NCBI RefSeq assembly: GCF_004010195.1
Contig: NC_057719.1
Location: forward strand, 26,353,426-26,417,425
Origin: Chiloscyllium plagiosum
Lineage: Eukaryota
Direction: 5' to 3'
Length of the DNA stretch: 64,000 nucleotides
Positions 41,101 to 53,100 of this stretch are shown here, piece after piece. Every line of letters starts with the position of its first letter. Position 1 is the first letter of the stretch. Made by a program: the position numbers and the translations under genes. Under the pieces are notes generated by a model. The model did not search any database. It saw only the letters and a program-made list of their open reading frames with translations, and had not been told where the DNA came from.

Positions 41101-44100
41101 ATAATACTGTGGACACTTTAAGTAATGCTAACAGATGAGAGGGTTACGATAGTAAGGTTGAATTCTAAAATTATTTTTCACAGTGGTTTTCGTTGGAAGA
41201 TGTTGCTAATAATCCCAATTGAATAACAAATCACAGCGGATTCATCTGAGGTGGTGGAGAATATAGTGGTCAGCGATGAAATGGTCGATGAGGTATTGGA
41301 AAATTTGAAGATACGTTGGAACCATCTAATTTTATTATTTTAATTGGTGTAACAGGGTATGTAAAAGGAGATCAGTTATGTCTATAATGATGATTAAAGT
41401 GCGAATAGTAGCCCATGGCCTAAACTGTATTCCAAAAATTCTGGATCTTAAATATGTTTTGATTGAAGCAAATGTTAGGAATGCTATAATGGGCAATTCA
41501 AAGCTCAAATGAAACTGTAATGAATGTTTTGGAAAACACATTGATTTCAAATTGTTCTTGAGTATATAGCAAGAGTGAAAAACATAGGTTTATAAAACAT
41601 TGTTTTCATATCGAGTGCTTTTGAGGTCATTATATTAATTGTGTAAGGAATTTCACGTTCTATATTTGACATTTAGAAAAAAAAGGTAAACTTGCTACAT
41701 GACAACTGGCTGAACTGAAATATTTTGAGGCTTCCAATAAGGTTGTGAATTAAATATTTAAACAGGCAATAGGGAATGAATCGTAAATTTGAGCTCTGAA
41801 TACTTAAAAAGGCTGTTACTAATTAGTACAGTAATTTCCTAGCTAACCATTAAAGTTGCATTTTTGTAGTGCAATCAATGTTAGACTTTGCAGTCAAGCA
41901 TCCTGAACACAAATTATGGGATCTGGTGTGAATTGAGTGAGGATATCCATTGTTCAAAACTTTTTTGAACTTTCAGGACACTTTTACATTTGAAGTGTGT
42001 GTTTCTGAAAGGTAAGCTTCCTCAAAGTTAAATATTTTGGGGATTATTCTTCCAAATCATCATTCAAGACTCTAAAGACTTAGTAATAGATCAGAGAAAA
42101 TTTAACATTTAGAAATGTAAGGTTCTGAATATTGGTGCTGATTGATATGACTTACAATACTAACATAAACAGTTTATTATTCATGAGATGAAGCTCAGAA
42201 TGAAGGTTGCCAATATACTTGAACATTGGAAAAGAGAAATAATAATCGTCATAGTAAACAAGCCTAGAGGTAACAGTGATCATAACATTGTAGAAATGCA
42301 CATTCCATTTGAAAGTGAAATGCACTGGTCTAAGACTAATGTGTTAAGCTTTAATAAAGATGATTGCAAGCATATGAAACAAAAACAGAAGTTGCTGAAA
42401 AAGCTCACCAGCTCTGGCAGCATCTGTGAAGATAAATCAAAGTTAACATTTCAGGTGCGGTGACCCTTCTACCAGAACTTATGATAGCTCAGAAAATGTT
42501 GGTTTGTATGCTGAAGGTAGGGTGGAGGGAGGGGTAAGGATGGTAGGTATGGACTTTAATGGTTAGCAAGGAAATTACTGTGCTAATTAGTAACAGCCTT
42601 TTTAAGTATTCAGAGCTCAAACTTCCCATTTTTTCATATGGAGAATAGGTTGAAAGGTAGAATAGTAAAGAAGCAGTAGCAGTCATCTGAGGAGATACTT
42701 TATAACTCTCAACAAATATATATTCCATTAAGAAAGAAATGCATTATTTGAGAAGATACACCACCTAAGGCTAACTAACTTAAAAATACGGTATAGACCA
42801 ATTAGGACAGGGATGAGGAGAAACTTCTTCACCCAGAGAGTGGTGGCTGTTTGGAATGCTCTGCCCCAGAGGGCAACGGAGGCCCAGTCTCTGGATTCAT
42901 TTAAGAAAGAGTTGGATAGAGCTCTCAAAGATAGTGGAATCAAGGGTTATGGAGATAAGGCAGGAACAGGATACTGATTAGGAATGATCAGCCATGATCA
43001 TGTTGAATGGCGGTGCAGGCTTGAAGGGCTGAATGGCCTACTCCTGCACCTATTGTCTATTGTCTAACAAAGTTAAGGATGGTGTCAAATGGAAAGAGAA
43101 CATTTACAATCCAGTGAAGATTAATGGTAGGTCAGAAGATTGGACAAATTTTAGCAACTGGCAAAGAATGTTTTTTTTTAAAGGGGGAAAATTAATGTAT
43201 AAAAGAAAATAGCTAGAAATATAAAAACAGACATGTTTAAACAGGTGTATGTAAAACAGGAAAGTAGATAAGTAAAAGTTCGTCCCTGAGAGGGTGAGAC
43301 TGTAACTTTAATAATGGGAAACAAGGAAATGGCAGGTTTTGAGCAAGTATTTTATACTTGAAAGGTGAGTGATGAACTTAAAACTATCACTAGAGAAAAA
43401 GTAATGAAGCAACTAATGGTTGGCAGATCCCCTGAACATGATCGCATACATCCTCGGATCATAAAAGAGGTAGTTTCAGAGACAGTGGATGTAATGTTCT
43501 GAACTCCTTAGATTCTGGATAGGTCCCATCTGATTGGAAGAATGAAATTGTAAAGAAAAAAGAAAAACACAAAGCAGGGAACTATAAACCAGTTTGCTTA
43601 ACATCAGTCACAGGGAACCAATAGATGTGATATATTCAGATTTCCAAGTCTTATGGGGAGGTGGTGGCGTAATGTCACTGTGCTCATATTTGAGGTGCCC
43701 ACATTAATGTTTTTGTACTGGTGGAATTTAAATTCATTTAATACATATGAAATATAAAGCTAGTAACCATAGTGGTGACTATGAAATCATTGTCAATTTG
43801 TTATTAAAAGGCTGTCAGGTTTACTAATGTCGTTTAGGGAAGGGATCCTGGTGTCTTTATCTGGCCTTGTGATTCCAAACCTACAGCAGTCTGATTGCTT
43901 CTTGATTACCCTCTGCAATGGCCTATCAAGTAAGTTCAAGGTCAATTTGAATGTGTATCAAATAATGCCATATGGTGATGCCCAAACCCCAAAAAAGAAT
44001 CAAAAGAAGTTGATAAAGGTGGGTAAAAGGTAAAATAAGAACTACCCCTCTAAAAGCATTGAGGGCACCTGTACCAAATGTGCTACAATGATGCAAAGCA

Positions 44101-47100
44101 GAAACTCAGCGCCATCTTCTCAAGAGCAGTTAGGGATGGGCCATAAATGCTGGTCCAACCAAGCTAAAAGAAAGTAGCGAATAGAACTAAGTTCCTGATT
44201 TTCAGGTTGCCACAGGGATATGTGATGGGTCGTGAACTTTTTCACTTGAATAAAGTGACCAAGTATATGGTAGTTAATTACTTGTTAATATAAAGATAGG
44301 TAGGATAGCAAGGTAGGGCACTTACTGCAGAGGGATACAGACAAGTAAGTGAACATAAGTTTTGCATATTGAATATAATGTGCAAAATGTGACTTTGTCC
44401 ACTTTGGTAGGATACATGAATCACAAAAATGTGTGCATGTAGGTACAGCAAGTAGTTAGGAAGCAAACCTTAAATGTCAGACAGATTTGTCACAGCTGCA
44501 GTTGTGAGAGGCTGCACCTGAAATGCTGTGTGCAGTTTTGGTCTCTTTGCTTAAAAAGTAATATAATTGTATTGGAAGCAGTTCAGAATCGCTTGATTGA
44601 TTCTACCGAGGAAGAGGTTGCTTTAGAAGGAATGGTTAAGCAGATTGGCACTATGCTCAATGGAGTTGAGAAGAAAGAGAGCTGATCCTATTGAAGTTTA
44701 GAATTTTGAGGCAACTTGATAGAGTGGGTGCTGGCGGAGGTTTTAACTTGTGACTAGTCTAGAACAAGGGAACATAGCTTATGGGTAAGGTTTTTCCCAA
44801 TTAAGATGGAAATAATGAAATTTTAGTGTCAGAAGATTTTTAGATTTTGAATTCTCCAGCGAACAATGACAGTTGACTACTGAATGTATTCAAAGCTGAG
44901 TTGGATTTAGGATCTAGGGGAGTCCAGGGTTATGTTGAATAGGCGGGAAATTAGAGTTGCAACCACAAATGAATGGTGGAGAAAGCTTGATGGCCTACTT
45001 GTGTTTTTTTTTATGATCTGACAAGAAATTGAGAGGCAAAGATAATGCCAAGAATTAACCTGCAGAATACCACTTGTTTCATTTTTAAAACCTTCCACAA
45101 ATTATACTGTACTTAGTGATTATACTACAGAGATAACGTTAATAAAAAGATAACTTTTTTCATCTGGTTTTACACTGAGCTTTGGGATGCTGTAAGGATT
45201 AAACTTACTTCACTGGAACATAATTAAAAGAATATGATCTGAACAAAACTGATGAGATTGCTGCTGTGTAGCATTTTGTGGTTATAAATTGAGCAAGACA
45301 AAGTAGAAGGCATGATTTCAAAATGGCAAAAACCAAGATCCACGTATTGTTCCTCTTTCAGTGCTGCATTTGTACCATCCTCTTGTGAAAGAAGTGATTC
45401 TTTTCTGAGAAGCTGTATTTTCCTATATGGCCATCTTTGGTGTTTTGTTTAAAGTGATATTGTCTCACAAGCTGTTTATAAGCTGTTGTCTCTCAGCTGT
45501 TCTTCAGCCAGTCTGAATCCTGTCCTCTTCTGATGTAATCTCACTCTAACTTGCTGCAAGGTTTGATCCCTGGCTGATTATTTTTTTCCTCTTTTGGGTG
45601 AGCAGCTTTCAAGCTGTTTGTTGAATTGTACACCTTTAGTGCCTTCTTTCCCAGATTGAAGTGAGCCAATCCAATACATACTAAGGGTCTAACTTGGATC
45701 CTTCCTGATTAGATTTGCTTTGTCCATCAGGGGACCCCAATGATTGCAGACTCCACCAAATAAATTGATAATTTATTCTTTACTCATTCTTAGCTCCAAC
45801 ATTAAATATGATATGAACGGTAGCATAAATTCACCATTAGCATTATCTATTGTAGTCTTTTATCTTTGTGTATGAACACTGGAACCTCTCTCCAGTTGCT
45901 TCCGGAAACATTTCCATTCCTGTCCAACAGGAAAATGTCCTTCTCTGGTTTCTGTCTCATTTATCAGTTCAGCTTGCCAACACAGCCTTTATATTTCCTG
46001 TAATTTACCCAATAACAAAGCAACCAGGCTCGATAGGTCAACAGGCCTTTTGGGATTCCTGTATATCTCGTCTCAACAGTTCCACACTCTCTTTCTCTGT
46101 CTAATTTTCAACTTTGGTCACTTTTTAAAAGTACATTTCCTACTTTTCTCCTATTTAAATTTCTGTGGTGTGCACAATCTGTGATCAGAAAGATGGATAT
46201 CTAATGGAAGCTGTATTAAGTAGATGGTCAATTTTAGTTCAGTTTCCTCAGGAGTGAGGTTGTAGTTTATTTTGCTACAATTTTCTAATTACTAAATTAA
46301 ATTGGAATTGTGATGAGGCCTCTTCTGTAATGGATATGCTAATTTGCAAATGCATTCTAGGAAGTCCACCTATTATTGTATGAAGTTTGACAAATAATAT
46401 TTTTAAGCAATGACAGGATGTTTTGGAACAAAACTCTGTTGGACTTTTAAATTTATTTCTTCATTCAGATGTTTCGGAACCAGCAAAAGAAAAGTACAAT
46501 GTAAAAGAAATTAGATTTGTAGTTTTAAAAGTGGATTGAATGTTCAGAGAATACTTGTTAATGAGTTATATTAATTACTGACATCAAAGGAAGATGTTCA
46601 ATGGTCTGGTTGGCATGGTATAAACAACAGGTCCCAGAGGGAGAATATTATAGAGTAATTACGCCCCTTAAGGTATTAGAATAGGTGGATAAAGTGTTTA
46701 AGAAGGCATATAGGATACTTGCCTTTATTAGTCAAAGCATAGAGTTTAAGAGTTGGGGAATTGAGCTGGAACTGTATGAAATATTAGTTCAGCCTCAGTC
46801 AGAGTATTGTGTGCTGTTCTGAAATCTACATTACAGGTGGGGTATGATAATACTGGAGAAGGTTCAGAAAGGATTTACCAGCATGTTGCCTGGGCTAGAG
46901 GGTTTCAGTTATAAAGAGATATTTGACAGACTCGGGTCATTTTTCCTTAGAGGAGAGGGGATTGAAAGGGGACATGATTGAAATGTATAAAATAATGAGG
47001 GGCTTAGCTAGGATAGAAAAGTGGAGACCTTCCCCTTGGTCGAGATTCAGTGACCAGTGTGCAGATTTTAAAATAAGGGGCCAAAGGTTTAGAGGAGATT

Positions 47101-50100
47101 TTCATCCAGAAGGCATTGGGAATCTGGAACTCACTGCCTGCAAGGGCGGTAGAGATGGAAACTCTCAGAACATTTAAGAAGAATTTAAATGTGCACTTTC
47201 AATGCCAAGGCATGCAATGTTGTGGACCAAGAGCTAGAAAATGAGATTAAAATAGTTAGGTGGCTGTTTTTGACTGTCATTGATGCAACAGACCAAAAGA
47301 CCTTGTGTTCTGTAGGTCTCTATGACTTTTAAAGCAGATGGCCCATTTGGCCTGATTCTACATTTCTGTAGTTAGTTAAATACTTTGTCATGAGTCATGC
47401 TCTGGTAATTCATTGAATATTGGAGAATTAATTGATTATTTATTGTGGAAATGTCATATAATATGCTACTTAACTGCATAAATTAAAACAATTTCAGACA
47501 AAACCTAAGACAATTGCATATTTAATTAATAATACTATTAGATTTAAAATAGTGATGGAAAAGGATAGATGAGATCTAAAAGTTGAAGTTCAAAATTGGT
47601 GAAAGGCCAATTTTGACGGTATTAGGCAAGAATTTTCAAAAGCTGATTGGGGGCAGATGTTCACAGGTAAAGGGATGGCTGGAAAATGGGAAGCCTTCAG
47701 AAATGAGATAATGAGAATCCAGAGACAGTATATTCCTGTCAGGGTGAAAGGAAAGGCTGGTAGGTATAGGGAATGCTGGATGACTAAAGAAATTGAGGGT
47801 TTGGTTAAGAAAAAGAAGGAAGCATATGTAAGGTACAGACAGCGTAGATCGATTGAATCCTTATGTTATAAAGGCAGTAAGGAGTATACTTAAGAGGGAA
47901 ATCAGGAGGTCAAAAAGGGGACATGAGATAGCTTTGGAATTAAGAAGAATCCAAAGGGTTTTTACAAATACATTAAGGACAAAAGGGTAACTAGAGAAAG
48001 AATAGGGCCCCTCAAAGATCAGCAAGGCAGTCTTTGTGTGGAGCCACAGAAAATGGGGCAGATACTAAACGAGTATTTTGCCTCATTATTTACAGTGGAG
48101 AAGGACATGGAAGATTACATTACATTACATTACATTATGGAAACAGGCCCAACAAGTCCACACCGACCCGCCGAAGCGCAACCCAACCATACCCCTACAT
48201 TTACCCCTTACCTAACACTATGGGCAATTTAGCATGGCCAATTCACCTGACCTGCACATCTTTGGATTGTGGGAGGAAACCGGAGCACCCGGAGGAAACC
48301 CACGCAGACACGGGGAGAACGTGCAAACTCCACACAGTCAGTCGCCTGAGGCGGGAATTGAACCCGGGTCTCTGGCGCTGTGAGGCGGCAGTGCTAACCA
48401 CTGTGCCACCGTGCCGCCCATAAGATATAGAATGTAGGGAAATTGATAGTGACATCTTGAAAAAATGTCCATATTGCAGAGGAGGAAGTGCTGGTTGTTT
48501 TGTAATGCATAAAGGATAAATCCCCAGGACCCGATCAGGCTTACCCTAGAACACTGTGGGAAGCTAGAGAAATGATTGCTGGGCCTCTTGCTGAGATATT
48601 TGTATCATTGATAGTCACAGGTGAGGTACTGGAAGACTGGAGGTTGGCTAATGTGGTGCCACTGTTTAAGAAGGTAACTAGGGAGAGAATAGGACCCCTC
48701 AAAGATCAACAAGGTGACCTTTGTGTGGAGCCACAGAAAATGGGGGAGATATTAAAAGAGTATTTTCCATCAGTATTTACTGTGGAAAAGGATATGGAAG
48801 ATATAGAATGTAGGGAAACAGATGGTGACACCTTTCAAAATGTCCAAATTACAGAAGAGGAAGTGCTGGATGTCTTGAAACACATAAAAATGGATAAATC
48901 CCCAGGACCTGATCAGGCGTACCCTAGAACTCTGTGGGAAGCTAGAGAAGTGATTGCTGGGCCTCTTGCTGAGATATTTGTATCATCGATAGTCACAGGT
49001 GAGGTGCCAGAAGACTGGAGGTTGGCTAACGTGGTGCCACTATTTAAGAAGGGTGGTAAGGACAAGCCAGGGAACTACAGACCAGTGAGCCTGACATCGG
49101 TAGTGGGCAGGTTGTTCGAGGGAATCCTGAGGGACAGGATGTACATGTATTTGGAAAGGCAAGGATTGATTAGGATTAGTCAACATGGCTTTGTGCGTGG
49201 GAAATCATGTCTCACAAACTTGATTGAGTTTTTTTGAAGAAGTAACAAAGAGGATTGATGAGGGGAGAGCGCTAGATGTGATCTTAATGGTCTTCAGTAA
49301 GGAGTTCGACAAAGTTTCCCTTGGGAGACTGGTTAGCAAGATTAGATCTCATGGAATACGGGGAGAACTAGCAATCTGGATACAGCACTGGCTCAAAGGT
49401 AGAAGACAGAGGGTGGTGGTGGTGGAGGCAAAGAGATCTTTGAGTGCAGGTTCATAGCTCCTTGAAAGTGGAGACGCAGGTAGATAGGATAGCGAAGAAG
49501 GCGTTTGGTATGCTTTCCTTTGTTGGTCAGAGTATTGAGTACAGGAGTTGAGAGGTCATGTTGCTGCTGTACAGAACATTGGTTAGGCCACTGTTGGAAT
49601 ATTGCATGCAGTTCTGGTCTCCTTCTTATCGGAAAGACATTGTGAAACTTGAAAGTGTTCTGAAAAGATTTACAGGGATGTTGCCAGGGTTGGAGGATTT
49701 GAGCTATAGGGAGAGGCTGAATAGGCTGTTTTCCCTAGAGCGTCAGAGGCTGAGGGGTGACCTTATAGAGGTTTACAAAATTATGAGGGGCATGGAAAGC
49801 ATGTGGTCGGGGAGTCCAGCACTAGAGGACATAGGTTTAGGGTGAGAGGGGGAAGATATAAAAGAGACCTAAGGGGCAACTTTTTCACACAGGATGGTAC
49901 GTGTATGGAATGAGCTGCCAGGCTGATACAATTGCAACATTTAAGAAGCATTTAGATGGGTATATGAATAGGAAGGATTTGGAGGGATATGGGCCGGGTG
50001 CTGGCAGTTGGGACTCAATTGGGTTGGGATATCTGGTCGGCATGGACAGGTTGGACCCAAGAGTCTGTTTCCATGCTGTATATCTGTATGACTCTATGAC

Positions 50101-53100
50101 TGATCTGAGCCAAGGAAGTGATTATTTGCTGAAATAGTTGTCTAAGCTCGAAAGGTAGGTTGCAATGTAGTCACCTATGCTGCAATGCACATTGTGAATA
50201 TTGGCTATGGCTAGATATGGATTTGACTGTGATGCTGTGCTCACATTTGATACTTGCTATCAGGTTTGCCCACCACTGCAGGGTTCATTTACTGCCCACA
50301 GGAATGAAAGATAAAGAGGTGGAATGGAATGTATCATTTTGTACTTGGACTAGCGAAGATAATCTTTCTAATAAATATAAAAGAAGAACCTCGCCCTCCA
50401 AGCATTAACTAGGTATCACATGTATCATGATTGTGAAATCATGCTCTTATACCATTATGGTCACTTAAGTTATTACTTTCGTTGCTAATGATCAGATCTA
50501 GGGATGTCAGGAGGCTAGTATGAGCACCAAGCCTCCTAATCTAGATTGCTGTAGCTTTTTTAGTAAAGCACTAGTACCAGGAAACATGGGTTTACCAGTA
50601 CGTTGTGCTGTAGAATTCTTTGTACCATGATCTTCAACATGGAAAATTCCCATACCTAATGTTGGATGTCAAACACAATACTATTTTTTCCAATGGGAAA
50701 GAGTGGTTAGATGTGAACACCCTGCCACATCTCTCAATAATAGTCTGTGTTGCATGTGCCATGTACCAATCCATCCTCTCCCTTGTTGCAGAAGGGCAGA
50801 GATCAGCTCAAGCGATATGGAACAGCATTCTGTAATGGGAAGAAATACTCCTGTAGGTTTGATTGATCCTCATGTCCTCATTGAAATGTCATATTTTCAG
50901 CATTTGATATTATGATGTTTTAGTAATGTAATCTTGTTAATTAATTTCTAGGTTTTAAGCAAGGGACGGAAAATTCTGAAGTGTCTTCATCTTGGAATGA
51001 CGTTGCACAATCTTCAAGAGCCAATCAAACGGAAACTCCTACAGCAGAGGAGCTACGAAGACATAGACAAGCGTACTTTGAGAGGCAAGCAGACCACAGA
51101 TTTATACTGCTGCAAAATTTCATTTAGTTTCCATGATGTGTGACTTTGTCCCTTTTAAGGACTATGTTTCTTTGTGCTTGCGCGGTATTAAGACATAATC
51201 AGATTTCTTCATTCATTTTTAAAATTGGCTTTGCAAACAATTTTCATTGATTAACGCTTGTGTTCATCATAGCAAGGAATATTGAAGTGAGAATTAGGAT
51301 TTCTATATATCCAACAGTGTCAGTTTTGAGCCTTTACAGTAAGATATATGCCAGTCAGCTACAACCTCAAGGCTTTTTGCTTGCTCCCTATATCTCTGTT
51401 AGGTCCAATGACATTTGAGCACCAAAGCTGTGGAGGAAAAGTTTCTGGAGTGTCATTGGGATGGTTTTCTAGAAAAACATGTTGAACTGGAAAATGAACT
51501 ATTTTGGATCTAGTAATATGTAATGAAAAAATGGTTAACTAATATCTTGTTGCAAAAGAATCTTCAGGGATGAGTGACCACAATATGATAGAATCTTACA
51601 TTGTTTGAAAGTGAGGTAGTTCATTCTGAACAAGTGTGTTTAATTTCATTGAGAAATTATGAAAGCATGCGACACAAGTTCGCTGAGCTGGTTTGGAAAA
51701 ATATATGAAAAGGCATGACTGTACATCGGCAATGGATAATCTCTGAAGAATCATTACATGACTTATAGCAACTATATTCATTCAAGGTGCAAAATCTCTA
51801 AAAATAGTCAATCAAACATTGCTGAAAATAGAAGTGAATGATTGTTTGAGATTTTTCTTAAAAAGGCTTATAAAGCAGCCAGAAGTTATAATAAATCTGA
51901 GGATTGAGGCTTACAGCGAAGGAAGACCAGAAACTGATGGGGAAAGGAGCATTAAAATGTGGATACAATCTAGCAAAAATCATTAAAATGGACTGTAAAA
52001 ACTTCTACAAGTACAGAATAAGGAAACGCTTGTCTAAAATAAACGTGGGTCTATTAAAAGCAGAGTCAGGATAATTTTTAGTGGGAAGTAGAGAACTGGC
52101 AGAGAAAGTAAATGATATATTGTGTCTCTGTTCTCACTGAAGAAGAACAAGAAATCTCCCAGAAGTAGAGATCCAAGTGACGAGGGACAGTGAAAAATTG
52201 AAGGAAATTAGTACTAGTAAGAAGGTTGTACTAATGAAATGACTGCAGGTGAAACTTAATAAGTCCCCAAGGTCTCATAGTCTACATCTCAGAGTATTGA
52301 GGGACATGTGTATAGAGGTAATTGATATGTTGGTAATTATCTTCCTAAATTCCACAAATTCTGGGATGATTCCTGCAGATTGAAAGCTTGCAAATATCAC
52401 CCAACCCTCCTTAAGAAATGAGCAAATGGAAAAACAGGAAACTACAAGCCTGTCTAGTTCAGCCGTTTCATGTTCAATTCCCAGCTCTCCATATTCCTTA
52501 TAATTCATCTTCTAACATAATTGCTCACTTCCTAATTTACTTTGATTTCTTTTGGTTTCACCCTTCATTCAGTTCCTATGTAAAAAAATGTTTTCAGATC
52601 TTACTTTCAGTCAACTTTATCTGATTTCAAATATACGATTATAAATTCTCTTTAGGGGGGTATTTTAAATTTTTCAATTTTATAACACTTAACTTCCTCA
52701 TTGGCCAAAAATATTATCCATTGTCTTTGCTTTCATAGTTAAGTCCCTCATTCCAGTATCATCCTGAAATTGTTGCCGGGTTTTGTTCAATCTTTAGTTT
52801 TAGTTTATCTTAAAGTGTCGTGCCAAACATTGGCCATGTTCTTCCATATGAAGCCTAACCAATGCAATAATACTTGATGACTATTGTTTTTTTTTGATGA
52901 AGCTTGGCATTCCTTTTGGGCTTTTCATCACCTTTGCACTTGCCAGCTTGATTTAATGACTTCTGTACCTGTGTTCCTAGATCTCTGCATCCATCTATTC
53001 TTGCCATGATTACATTACACTACACCTACAGCAATAGTATCTCTGAGGAGACCTAGGCAGCATTCAGGCTTGGGCTAATAAGTGACAAGTAACATTGATG

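Noticed and set aside
41184..41293. Possible extra exon in intron 8 (…DSSEVVENIVVSDEMVDE|gtattg)
   Set aside because: The acceptor is weak, the phase is incompatible with exon 9, and the upstream AG gives an early stop. There is no homology to ataxin-3.
48572..49237. Functional reverse transcriptase gene (longest ORF, 221 aa)
   Set aside because: It is a fragment of a truncated CR1 with a frameshift at about 49230 and a deleted catalytic RT core.
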